DNA of 64,000 bases from Mytilus edulis (taxonomy: Eukaryota). Location of the stretch: assembly GCF_963676685.1 (NCBI RefSeq), contig NC_092347.1, positions 24,428,001 through 24,492,000 of the forward strand, written 5' to 3'. The stretch's first letter is position 1. Every line of letters starts with the position of its first letter. Below the pieces are notes generated by a model. That model was not told where the DNA came from. It saw nothing but the letters and a program-made list of their open reading frames with translations, and did no database searches. This document shows, piece after piece, positions 52,124 through 64,000 of the stretch. The position numbers and the translations under genes are program-made.

Positions 52124-52799
52124 GTAATCAAAGCGCTGTAAGCACTGTAGGCAGTTAACCAAAAACCAAGGCAAACATAATTACGAAAACTGTGGCAATG
52201 TTGCTTCAACATTTTTTAAAGATTTAAAAGAACAAACATTAAACATTCATATATAATTGTACATTTATGTTCATTTAATGAATTAATTATTAAGGCAAAT
52301 AATTCATATTTTATTAAGGTTTTCAATAGCAACGCACATGACCATTCGTGGTCATGAGTCTTTCATGAGTCAGCAGTGGTACAAATTTGCAATGATTGCA
52401 GTTCTTCTAGTTGATCGTAATTGTTCGTATTAGTTGACTGTTAGTAGTTCAAGATGACTTTAGTACGAGCTTGTAAAAGTATGAATGGACTTGCTTCCCT
52501 GGAAAGCAAACTAAGTTTGTGTTGTACAGTACAAAAGTTATGAGACACAAATCAGACAAATGTTTACTACTACAGGGATCAATGGTGAGGTCTGACTGAC
52601 CTGTCCATAGTAAATGTAAACGACTCCCACCTTCACTCCAAATCAACGATGTCTATTTTTGGAATAAAATGACAGGTGTTAGGGTCTAGCAAAGTGATAT
52701 GCATATGTGTCACATATGAGATTGACCTTGTATGTCATTCAATCTTTTCTGAAATGACAAACAGGAATGAATATGGTTTAGGCGTTGGTATCTCAATCT

Positions 52800-53635
52800 T
52801 TTGCAAGTTTTAAAAACACACACAAGAGGGTGTGGGGTGACCCTAGGGACTACCCCTATTTTTCATTTGATTTTTTATATTGTCCCATATATGAATATAA
52901 TTATATGGTTTATGGGTGGGGATCTCGGCCGTTATCAAGTTTTCCAACAGGAGGGGTGGGGGACCCCAGTGACTTCCCCTATATTTCATTCGATTTGTTA
53001 AATTGTCCAATACATGAATATATATGGTTGAGGGGTGGGGATAAAAGAAATAAAGATATGAATGAATGAATGTTTCTAAGTTATCAAACAGGAGTGGGTA
53101 GGGTGACCTTAAGGACCCTCCCTATATTTCATTTGATTAGTGCTCATACATGAGTATATATGGTTTAATTTAAAGGTTGGGATCTCGACTCTTTCCAATT
53201 TCTCAATCAGGTGACTGCAGGGACTCCCCCTATATTTCATTTAATTTAGAGTTGGGGATCCCAACTGTTTCAAAGTTCTTCAACATGAGGGGTAGGGTGA
53301 CAACAGGGACTTCCCCTATATTTCATTTGATTTGTTATATAGTCTTATACATGAGTATATATGGTAAAGGGGTGATGATCTCGAATGTTTCGAAGTTCTC
53401 AAACAGGAGGGGGTACAGTGACCATAGGGACCCCCTTATAATTCATTTGATTTGTAATATTGTCCCATACATAAATATATCTATTGTTTAAGATTGTGGA
53501 TCTCGACCATTATATATTCTCAAACAGAGTGGCCCCACGAACTCCACCTATATTTCATATGATTTGTTATATTGTCCCATACATGAATATATATATATAT
53601 GGTTTAGGGGTGGGGATCTTGTCCTTTACCAAGTT
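52800..53635 (+). repeat. Degenerate tandem array, about 7 units of approximately 110-125 bp
   Basis: Recurrent ggtgac...gggac.cccctatatttcatttgatt...tgtcccatacat.aatata...ggggatctc. Confidence 0.8.
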
Positions 53636-55167
53636 TTGGTCATTTTTGTCTCTTGTGGATAGTTGTCTCATTGGCAATCATACCACATCTTTTTTTTATA
53701 TAAGAAACTTCCAGCTATTTTAACTGACCTATCAAAATTGAGAAGGAAAAAATACCCCTTGAAATTGCAGTAATATGTTCAACTTGAAAAACATTTAACA
53801 TGCATTACCAACATTTATCACTGATGAAAAAAAATTATACTGTTACCAGGAACATATATATTGTTAGATAAACTGTTCCCAGCTGTCACAATGTATTGGA
53901 TTTTCACATTAAAATTGGTGTACAAAATATTTTCTGCTTTTTCTTTCTTTTTCATTTAAGTCTTTTGGTTTTTAATTCTAGTGTTTATATTTATTAACAT
54001 GCATAGATGCATAGATGTATTTTGTAACCTGTCTGGATTTTTTTAGTAGCCAAATCCGGGATTACCCTCATCCGCTTCCGGAATCGGATCCGATATTGTA
54101 ATCTCGTGGCAGCCATTTTGGTTTCAATGTTGTTTTTGACAGATAGTGAGATACGATTTTACTCGGATTTACACATTATTTATCGGCGATTTAATGTATA
54201 AAGCTAGCAGTAGAACAAATTGAACATGGCTGTCATGAATAGTAATGATGAATATAAGTTTGAGATCGTTTATTAGGAAACTTTGGTAAAAATGTTTGCA
54301 AAGTTATTTTTTTATATTATTTCAAGGTCCGTCGGGCATGTCGTGCGTAGCTAGTAACAAAGTAGAAAGTCCGACTGCAAAAGTGGAAGGTCACAGACCT
54401 TGGACCACCGCTAATTTAAAACCCTGCGTCCAAATTGAAAAGATACGAAAATTTCGTCTTCTTTTAAATTCAAAATTGCCGCCAACAGTTGAACTTATAT
54501 ACGTAGTTGACTACGTATTGTCGACAAACAATATTCCTACGACTTTTGCAATTTGGGAAATCTTAACTACTTGTCTTTAGAGATTTTCGGCGATTAGATA
54601 TTTCATACATTTGTTCTTTGACATCTTAGCCAAAAGCTCAGAGGATAATAAACTACATAAGGATTCCTAATCTGCAATCTGTAATCTGTAAACAAGTTTC
54701 TGCCAATCAAGGCACACCTCAAAATGTGCTCTACTTCCTATGTGCAACTTCAAAACTTTTGGGAAAATCGACGATCATTTAAGGTTTTTCTGGTCATATT
54801 TTTTGTAATTCAGAATGAAAAGTATAAAAAAACTGTCCAATAAGTTACAAATAATATAGTAGCCAGCTAAATTATAACAATGGCACGTATTTCAGCATTT
54901 ATTGGGTAGCATACAAATCCCGTGAGAGTGCCTAAAAATGAAGCTTTGCTGTAGTAAAATATAAACTTGCGTAGCAACAGATCAAAATGATTAGATCTAT
55001 TCGTCAACTCCCCCCCCCCGAAAAAAACCCATCAAATTATTGTCCCCTTAAAACAAAACCATTACCATGGCAACCATAAAAGAACCATTGTAGTAAAGTT
55101 ACAGATTGCATAACAATATACCCGGAGACAAATTATTTTAAGTGACACAGTTTTGATGGCAACATCC

Positions 55168-55305
55168 AGTGGCGGATTCAGTAATTTTCATGAGTGGGGC
55201 CCCGCTGACTGCCTAAGAGGGGCCTCGCTCCAGTCAAGCTTCGGTGATTCCCTTTAAAAGGAAGCAGGATTTTTTTCCCAAAAAGGGAGGCTGGACCCTC
55301 ACCCC
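55168..55305 (+). mobile_element. hAT-like MITE fragment
   Basis: Begins CAGTGGCGGATTCAG, followed by a GC-rich segment; no right TIR. Confidence 0.4.
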
Positions 55306-55456
55306 GAGTTATAATAATAATATAATAAAACTCATTAGGATTAAACCAAATTTCAATAAGGCGCTCTACATAAAATATCAACTACATAAATGAATAATTT
55401 ACTTATATACAAATGAAAACAATAGATCTAAATAAACAAACTATAATTACAACAAC

Positions 55457-56429
55457 AACCAGGTGCTCCGCAGGGCACATCTGTATACGACCGCAGTGGT
55501 GCAACCCTGAACGGTTGGAGAAAATTTGGTCACAATATTGAAGCTTCATACTGTCTGAATTTGGATTGTGATCGAATTTTTGTCATAATTAAGGTTTTTG
55601 TCACAAAATAAATGTGGCCAGAGATCTAACAAATCTACTATACAATACTGTGCAATTGAAGGCTTCTTCTTGAAACTTTTCAAAATTCGAATTTCGAAAT
55701 TTTTTGAAAAAAAGGAATCCCTTAAAAAATTTAACCCCCCCCTAAAAAAAACTTATTGAAACCCCCTTTTTAAGCAATAACCCTTCAACTCAATCCCATC
55801 ATTTCCCTTGTAGTATGGAACCTTGTATTACGATTTCAGAGAGATTCATTCACCTAAACAATTTTTGTTTGGAAACTAGAAACATGCTTCTTTTTTGCCC
55901 TTTTTTGGCCCCACTAATTCCTACATATTTTGGACAATTATTCCAAAACTTAATCCTAGCCTCCCCTTTGTTATGTGAAACATTGTGGTACAATTTTAGA
56001 GAAGTCAATACAATTACACACAATTTATTGTCTTGAAACTAGAAAAATGCTGGCTTTTGGTCCCTTTTTGGCCCTTTATTCCTAAAATTTTGACCCATAA
56101 CCCCGTAAACGAATCCAAACCTTCTACTTGTGGGTTTAAACATTGTGGTACAATTTCAGAGCAAATGAAATACTTATACACAAGTTATTATCCTTACTAG
56201 AAAAATCCTTGTTTTGGGCTTCTTATTCCAAAACGGTTGGACAACCATCCCCAAAATCGATTCCAACCTTCCTTTTGTGGTATTGACCCTTTAGAAAAAA
56301 AAATCATTAAGATCTATTTTGTTAAACTAAAGAAACTGTCCGGAAACCAATTGGGCTTCGGACGACGCAGACGACAACGACATCATACCATTATACAATC
56401 CAAAAAAATGTTTGAGGTCGTATAAAAAA
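55457..56429. mobile_element. HINE-like element
   Basis: Start aaccaggtgctccgcagggc..tatacgaccgc; internal aatcccaacctt-type repeats; (GAC)n; end ggtcgtataaaaa. Confidence 0.65.
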
Positions 56430-56753
56430 CACCTAGTATACTAGTATAATTTTTTTATTTCACTGGATAATGAATTCCACGCTTTTGTGCCACTAAAATA
56501 ACCAGATGCTCCGCAGGGCGCAGCTTTATACGAAAACAAAAACTCCCAAAATCAATCCCAACCTTCCTTTTGTCGTCATAAACCTTGTGTGAAAATTTCA
56601 TAGATTTCTATTTTCTTATACTAAAGATATTGTGCAAAAACTAAGAAAAATGTTTGTTTTGGACCGTTTTTGGCCCCTAATTCCTAAACCGTTGGGACCA
56701 AAACTCTCAAATTAATCCCAACCTTCTTTTTGTGGTCATAAACCTTATGTTAA

Positions 56754-57408
56754 AAGACGTAGGTCCGGTAAGGGCCGATTTTGGCCTCAATTTTCAAGTT
56801 CATCTGACGAAATATTTTAGACACTTTTTAAACACTTAAGTGTCTATTTCAATTGATTCAATTAGTTTTTGTGAAAGATTTCAACTGATTAAGTCATTAA
56901 AAACGCTCTGATTCAAGCTTAAACATGAAAAATCTATCAAATTCGCCAAAAATCGTCACTTTTCAGATGGTTTTGGTCAAAAATGAAAGTGGCCGCATCC
57001 GTGTTCATCCTCAACCTTTATATATAGTATGTATTATCATCAAATACAACTTACATTTCAATATTATGGATGAACACGAATGCGGCCACTTTCATTTTAG
57101 ACCATCTTCGCTAGCCAAGGGTTACGAACCACTCCCGCTCTATCGTAACCCTTGGCTAGCGAAGATGATTTTAGACAGAAACCGTCTAAAATTTGTCTAA
57201 AATGCTGAAATTGTGAAGATTTCAGTAATTTAGCGTGACTTTATGATGCTAGTACCCGATATATGTGCATTTTATTGTCAAACACAGCCCATATTTATGT
57301 ACCAGAATCATTCTACTTTCCAAAAAATGGCTTAACGATTACATTATCACAATTTTGTAAAACTGCTATATTTTGGGGCCAAAAAGGAGTCTTAGCGTAC
57401 CTACTCCT
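56754..57408. mobile_element. Kolobok-like MITE (TTAA TSD)
   Basis: TTAA at 56750-56753 and 57409-57412. Imperfect TIRs a.ga.gtaggt.cg.taag...ttttggcc. Internal inverted repeat 56980-57010 / 57068-57098. Confidence 0.7.
57103..57167. mobile_element. 65-bp micro-MITE with 25-bp perfect TIRs and a 9-bp TSD
   Basis: catcttcgctagccaagggttacga-15 nt-tcgtaacccttggctagcgaagatg. TSD attttagac at 57094-57102 and 57168-57176. Confidence 0.9.
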
Positions 57409-58077
57409 TTAATAGAATTCTGTTTACTGAAAGTTCTTGTGCGAAAACCAAGTAAAATTCTATTTTGGGCCCTTTTTGTCCCTAATTCCTAAACTGTTGG
57501 GACCTGGCCTCACGGTCATAAAACTTTCGAGCATGATTTTTGTACTTGGACTCGAAAATCAACCAATCAAATTGCTGGATTTCATGTTTCGAGCATGATT
57601 TTTGTGCTCCGAGCACTGAGCAAAGTTTTATGCCTTTAAGGCCAGAACTCCCAAAATCAATCCCAACCTTGCTTTTATGGTCATAAACCTTTTGTTTAAA
57701 TTTCACATGTTTCTATTTACTTATACTTAAGTTAAAGTGCGAAAACACCAAATGTTTTCGGACGACGACGACGACGACGACGACGGCAACGTCATACCAA
57801 TATACGACCGAGACCACAATTGTCTGTTCTTCTTCGCTTCGTTGTTCACGAATATAGTCCCCAGTGTTTACTCGTTTAAACTAATATTAATTTGACATGT
57901 TACTTGTAACTTTTCTTCTCATTTAAAGTACCTAATACAATACCAAAGAGCTTCCAAAACTTAAAATTACTGGAATTTATTACAGCTTTGTGTTTATTAA
58001 CTTAAATCTCTGGTTGATGAGCTCTTTTGTGGCCGGTAACAGAGTAGAGAGTAAAATCACAAAAATACTGAACTTAA

Positions 58078-58399
58078 GGTCGTGATAACGTCGCTGTGAG
58101 ATCGTAGCGCAATCTCTCCGAATAGAAACACGCTTTCGCTACGCTCTCGCAACGATTGTTCAGCGACCTTTGCGATCTTATACGATCTTAATGCGCTTCC
58201 ACTACGCTTCTACCACGACCTAATTTCGCCACGACCGCACCACGATTGTTTTGAACATGTTTAAAGATGGCCACGCTCTTCACGATCTTGAAGATTTCAC
58301 CACAACCGTGGTACGACCTTACTGCGACCTACACGATCATCAAAATTTGCATTTTTTCCACAGATCGTAGTGCGATCGTGGCTTAGTGGGACTAGGGTA
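58078..58399. mobile_element. PIF/Harbinger-like MITE remnant
   Basis: CG-rich acga/cgat-patterned segment ending gtgggactagggta. Flanked by TAA on both sides and interrupting a host repeat. The left TIR is missing. Confidence 0.45.
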
Positions 58400-58548
58400 T
58401 AAGAGAAAACTCAATTCGGAACATCCATAATCACGTGGCTAAATCAAATAACAAAACGCATCAATAAAAGGATAGACAAGAATTATCAATTTCCTATTTT
58501 GGTGTCTGTATGATCTATAAAATATATAACTTTCTCACTGAATGTATA

Positions 58549-59579
58549 TGTTCCGGACCATATGAGTATTTGGACCATACGCGTATGGTCATGACCATAT
58601 GGGTATATACTCATATGGTCCGACCATACGCGTATGGTCGGGGTAATTAACACTCTGTTACAGTTTACTTGTAATACTTCTAAACTCTTCATATGGTATG
58701 ACCGTTCATTCAAAAGACGCTATCATATAGGTAATTTTATCGTTATATTATAATAAAAAGATAAGCTAAATAAAAATAAGAAGTTTCACATTGTTAATTT
58801 TACTTAATTGTCAAATTTAAAGTAAACACATTTTATACCGATGGGCATTACCGATGGTCATAACCGATTTGTTATTACGAGTAAATGGCAATATGTCGAC
58901 TAAAAAATTAAATTCCAAAAATTTCTTAATGAACTGTTACATAAGAAGTCACTGGAAAGTAGCATACTATTAGTTTATTTAAGTTGTGTTGTGAAGATGG
59001 TGTATTGCAGTCAACCATTTTACGATATTTGAGATCTAGAGCTTCTTAAAAACACTGTAGACATCAGAATTGCCAAAGACCTCGGTATCACTGTACGCAG
59101 CTGCAAAAAAGGCTTGTTTTTCACTCGCAAACAAAATGTGTAAATGAAAAAGATCGTGCACAAAACTTGCAAATGCAAAAAAGCTATGATACCGTGTGGA
59201 AGTGAATGTCATCCAAGCCTACATGCACTAATGTAACTAGCGATGAAAACTAACTATGGCATCAATATTAAATTTTTACGTAGTTTTTTTTTATTATAAA
59301 ATTAAAAAATTGTCATGTTTTAAACCATCACTGTTTTTTTTTAGATAAAGTTCTTGTATTATTGAAACGTTTATAATTTAATTTGGAAAAATAAATATAC
59401 CTATATGGTCCAAATACTCATATGGTCCGGCCCGTTAATAACCAAACGAGTATTATACTCATATGGTCCGACCATACGCGTACGGTCGGACCATACGCGT
59501 ATGGTCGGACCATATGAGTATACGCATATGGTCATGACCCATGACGCGTATGGTCCAAATACTCATATGGTCCGGAACA
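58549..59579 (+). mobile_element. Ginger/GingerRoot-like non-autonomous DNA transposon
   Basis: TGT...ACA termini, approximately 90-bp TIRs built from gaccata/tatggtc palindromes, and a 4-bp TSD TATA. Internal remnant LFKLCCEDGVL...VRAAAKK..KMCK..CKCKKA..PCGSECHP..CTN resembles the SCAND3/KRBA2-type integrase C-terminal Cys cluster. Confidence 0.7.
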
Positions 59580-59944
59580 TATACAAAGAGGGTGTCCAAA
59601 GATTTTGCGACGATGCAAATATTAAACTTTACAATATAAATAAATATCTTTAACCAACGAATTCAAATAGCAAAAGCTATGCAATTAACAAATATATACT
59701 TATATGCTTCATGTACATTATTTAACAATGAAATACATTAATTATGAAATTTGAAGTTTTACCAAGGGCGCTAATAATTAATTAATAACACTGTCTATCA
59801 CACAGCATTTCGGGGACACTCCCTCTGGTATCATTCCCCCTCTTTTATAGCTGACTATGCGGGGGCTTTTTCTAATTATTGGGGGCATTATGATGACCTA
59901 TAGTTGCTAATGTTTGTGTCATAGTCACAGTCATCCTCATTGCT

Positions 59945-60118
59945 TCCGTCAATCTTTATTCTATCACCAATAGTTTCAACACCTAGTCTGATCAAGTCTT
60001 GATCAGTAAGGTGCTGAAAAGAGTCATCTTCTATCGATATCCTATCATCTTTAAAAATTTTAATTTGAAAGATTTGTAGATTAAGTTCTACAAGAGCACG
60101 TTGTATAGCAGACGACAT
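59945..60118 (-). pseudogene. Truncated SAM-domain coding fragment (probably transposon-derived)
   Basis: MSSAIQRALVELNL...FKDDRISIEDDSFQHLTDQDLIRLGVETIGDRIKI matches the SAM pattern (LTDxDLxxLGV..xGDR). The frame runs into a SINE-tail repeat at about 59920. Confidence 0.65.
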
Positions 60119-60382
60119 GTTGCCAGTATGAAAATAAACCCGAAAAAAATATACATGTTTTCGGTTATTTTCGGAAGTCTACCACCACCACATAATGAAA
60201 AAAAGCACTGAAAGTAATTGATTAACCACCTAGTATAATATTTTTTGAACCAAACATAAAACATTTTGACCACTGATCATAAAGTTGTTTGAACTGAACA
60301 TAATATTTATTTTACTGAACATAATGATCAGTCTACAGAACATAATATTTATTTCACTCAACATAATGATAACAGTACTGAT

Positions 60383-60955
60383 AATAAAGTGCTGCGCTTT
60401 AGCGCATGATACGCTCGTTGCTCTTTTAACTTGTTTTTAAAAGTGTTAGTTATTGTCCAAAAATTGGAAAATCCCCCCATTTTTAAGAATAAAAATTCAT
60501 AACACGGAAATGTAAAATCTTAAATTTATAAAAATTGAAAGGGAGCTTACATCAATATATATAAACAATTCACCAAAGTCTCATGGACATTGGTGAAAGC
60601 CTTTTTGAGTTATTGTCCGAAGTGTTAAAAATCCCCCTTTTTTATGAATAAAGCCCCATAAATCCAAAACTTAAAATCTAAAATTTATAAAAATTGAAAG
60701 GGAGCTTGCTTACATCAATAGATATAAACAATTCACCAAAGTTTCATGGACATTGGTGAAAGCGTTTTTGAGTTATTGTCCGAAGTGTGGACAACGGATC
60801 CCCTTTTTTATAAATAAAGCCCCATAAATCCAAAACTTAAAATTTGAAATTAAAAAAAACGAAAGGGAGCTTACGTCAATAGATATAAACAATTCACTTA
60901 AGTTTCATGGAAATTGGTGAAAGCGTTTTTGAGTTATTGTCCGAAGTGTGTATAA
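60383..60955. repeat. HINE-like fragment with about 3.5 tandem units of approximately 161 bp
   Basis: gttattgtcc recurs at about 60449, 60609, 60772 and 60932. The start has a small hairpin tgcgctttagcgca. Confidence 0.7.
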
Positions 60956-63900
60956 AAAGTGTGTTTGACCACTGAATATTTCGGTTTCTGTAATCAACAT
61001 AATGAGAAATCTACATAATATAATAATATGTTGACAGAAGATATTTTCAAAAGTACTGAATATAAAGACAAAAGTATATTGATTAAAGTGCTGAATATAA
61101 TATCAGATCTGCACAATCACGGTGGGTATGGTTGTCCTGCGAGAGAACGTACTGTGCTGGTGATTCGGTCCTGACGGGTGCTGGTGATCAATGAAAAAAT
61201 GTAAACAAAGACGAAAATGATGATTTTTGACGTTTTCACTCATAAAAAATGGAATAAAACAGTTGAGATTTTTCAATTTCGTTTCTTATGGGTCCATATA
61301 TAAACCATTAAAAAATTGACCCTCTAAACTGTTTCAGTAAGCGTAACACAAAAATGCTCATTTTCAGAAAATCTCGAACTGAAAAAATAAAACAAAAATG
61401 CTCATTGAGTCCGCTTTCTATACCGCAATCCACACGACAAAACAATTTTGTGAAAAAACATTGCAATTTATTAAAATTTAGCATTTTCTCAATTTATTCA
61501 TGTCCTGATACTGTGCTGGTGGGTCCTGTCATTGTGCTGGTGGGTCCTGATACGGTGCTGGTGATTTTAGATAAGAAGTTGGTCATATTTGAAATAAATG
61601 TTACAAAATCAATACAGTTAGCCAGATAATTGTTGCCAACAGGATCTATAACTCCTATTTTAGCTCTTGTGCATCCATTTGGCTTTTAACATGTGTTTTC
61701 AAATGATCTGAACTTGTATTACATAATAACATAAAAGGGCAACATCTTTCGTCCAATATCAGATAACAATATATAGTATCTAAAATAAGTTAAAAATTCC
61801 ACAATACTATATAATTCATTTTATGTGTCGATTTGTTCGAAAAAAGTAGAAAAGAAGAGACTTTTATTAATGTCATGATTATCTAACGCTTTCTAGATCT
61901 ATGCTTAGCATTTATTTCAGATGACATGGACTCCTCACCCTGATGACCCTCCTGCCTTTCATAACTTTATCCGTATACATATATTAATAGATAAACAAAA
62001 GGCTGCAACACGTATTTTTGTATTTAAAATGATTCGTTGTAACGAGAATATTTGTGGTGAATGGAAACTGTGAGGGTCACAATCTTAAATTGCTTATAAA
62101 TGTTTGTGGACCACGGTTTCGTTATCTGATCTGAATTTTCTAAAATGTGCAAGGTAGATAGACATTTTGATTTTTGTTTACTCGGTAATGAACCATTGTG
62201 TTGATCCCATGCTAAACATAACAAAAATCTCTGTACAAAGGTCTGTGAATTCTCTACAAAAATAGTGATTTTATTTTCACTAAATTCTCTTTATCTACTA
62301 AATACAATAAATAATGAACTATAAATAATAATGCTTTGCAAGAAGTTTCCCCTTGATATATGTACAAATGTACAAACTTATATCTCTATTATTCATTGTC
62401 TGTGCTGTTTTGATACTATTGCAGTTTGCACATTTCGGAATTGACAGGCCACAGGAGGGGTCATAAACCGTACACGAAAAGATAAAATATTGATATAAGT
62501 ACTTAATTTGCATCTTTGAACCCCCACCCCGGCTTGTTTTTTTAGGAGCCTGTGGTGTCTAAAAATGGTCGATTACAGACAGCCGAGTACGCATTTTCTA
62601 GGCGTGTTATTGTTGATTGTTAAAGTCCTGAAAACGGATAGATGGAAACAAAAATGTTTGATATATCTGGCTTTAGATTCAGTTTTTTTAAATATAAATT
62701 AAGGCTACATTATAATATATTAATTCTATGAATTCACAATATAAAAAAATGCAGTAAAAAAAATGAATGAAGTGAAATATCTTAGTAAGGAGTCATTACT
62801 ACAGAGATGGTGTGTTTGACACACAAAACTTAAAAGCTTAGTGATATTTCCAATATTAAAATAAAAGTGTATTTTAGTTGGGTATTTTTTCCATTTACTC
62901 ATTTTCAATTATAATCAAGGCACATTTTATTTTTATTCATGAAAAATATTTAAATATAGAAAAGAAGGACACATTGTTCACTTCCTCCCCTGTAATTCTT
63001 TATCAAAAATATTTATTTTGAAATGAAAAAAACTAAGAAATCGTAATTTTGTTAGTGTTCTCTAGGTTATCTCGTCTTCATTTTCTGACATATTCTAGCC
63101 TGCCCTTTCATAAAATAGTGATTTGTTTTAGTGTTCTATCGAACTTTCGAAAAAATATATACCTGATAAAAGAGGGACCAAAGATACCAAAGGGACAGTC
63201 AAACTCGTAAATCTAAAACAAACCGTTTAGACAAAAAAAATATGTTGGAAAAATCTAACAGCAAGTGAGTCTTAACAGCTATAAGATACATTTTTCTTTT
63301 ACAATACAACTTTTAAATCTTACGGGAAACTATTCCAAGCTTTCACTGTAACCTCGTTCTAACTTATCTCCATCCCATCCCACCCCAAAAAAAACCAAAC
63401 AAACAAACCCGCAATACTATTGTCATTCTTATAGTCAGCACTCAATTGTTGACAAACAAATGTGTTTTAAGCTGCTAAAGACATGATTCAAACGCTCAGA
63501 AAGTCCTTTGTTCTATATTTTTGCTCTCCATTTTTATGTAAAACCTTTTACATTTTTATTTTATGGGTTATTGTTAAAGGTCGTACGATGACGTATGGTT
63601 GATAATACATACTTCCTTTGGTTTCTTATGGAAATTTGTCCATTGACAACAAACATACCACATCATCTACTTTATATAAGTATTGTATAAACTACAACGT
63701 ATTTTGGTGATCTTGCAAAATGATCGTAATCCCGAAAATCGTAAACATATTTTCTTATCTTAAATGGGGGCAAGAAGGGTTCCATTCACATGCAAATAAA
63801 TAAGATTACAGTTAATTTTAATTTTTTTTTTTTAAAATAGGGGTATTTTTTCTCTCATAATAACAGTAAACAGATTCACAACAATGTCAATTTCAAGAAA

Positions 63901-64000
63901 GCCGACAACAGCTAATTAGTCAATAACAGTACAGCATCAATGATCTTGAATATATGCCAGTTTTAACTAAAATATAAAAGCACAGAACCAGGACATAGAA

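Larger units (their letters stand above)
56500..57810. mobile_element. Second HINE copy (same family), hosting nested MITEs
   Basis: Start aaccagatgctccgcagggcgcagctttatacg; (GAC)n at about 57760-57785. Confidence 0.65.

Noticed and set aside
52785-53723. Cluster of short ORFs with repeated PIFHLI.YIVPYMNI peptides
   Set aside because: Translations of a degenerate tandem repeat in changing frames.
54025-54700. CpG-rich segment resembling a MITE
   Set aside because: Only weak terminal similarity and no TSD; boundaries cannot be supported.
1-64000. tRNA/rRNA genes or an intact host protein-coding gene
   Set aside because: None recognisable by eye. Small exons of a gene spanning the window cannot be excluded without RNA data.

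Overview
An AT-rich, repeat-dense eukaryotic window. The repeat families look like bivalve, probably mussel (Mytilus-like), DNA; this is an inference from family resemblance. No intact host gene can be supported. The only long intact ORF (6698-10171, minus) is a CR1/L2-group LINE ORF2 with APE endonuclease, RT and a C-terminal CCHC motif, and it carries a 2A-like 'GNVETNPGP' motif ahead of the endonuclease. The rest is layered mobile DNA. Retroelement-derived: about 12 dispersed repeats carrying type I hammerhead ribozymes (two covarying variants, several with intact cores), Penelope-like RT 3' fragments, a decayed LINE RT, an orphan LINE ORF1, a SINE with a 14-bp TSD and a solo LTR. DNA-transposon-derived: a decayed AcademX element with TIRs and a TAA TSD, a Ginger-like element, several Helentron-type non-autonomous elements with internal satellites, long-hairpin elements, and a 65-bp micro-MITE nested in a Kolobok-like MITE nested in a HINE. 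A tandem segmental duplication (about 17.5-24.7 kb versus 25.8-36.4 kb) carries decayed exons and allows many insertions to be ordered in time.
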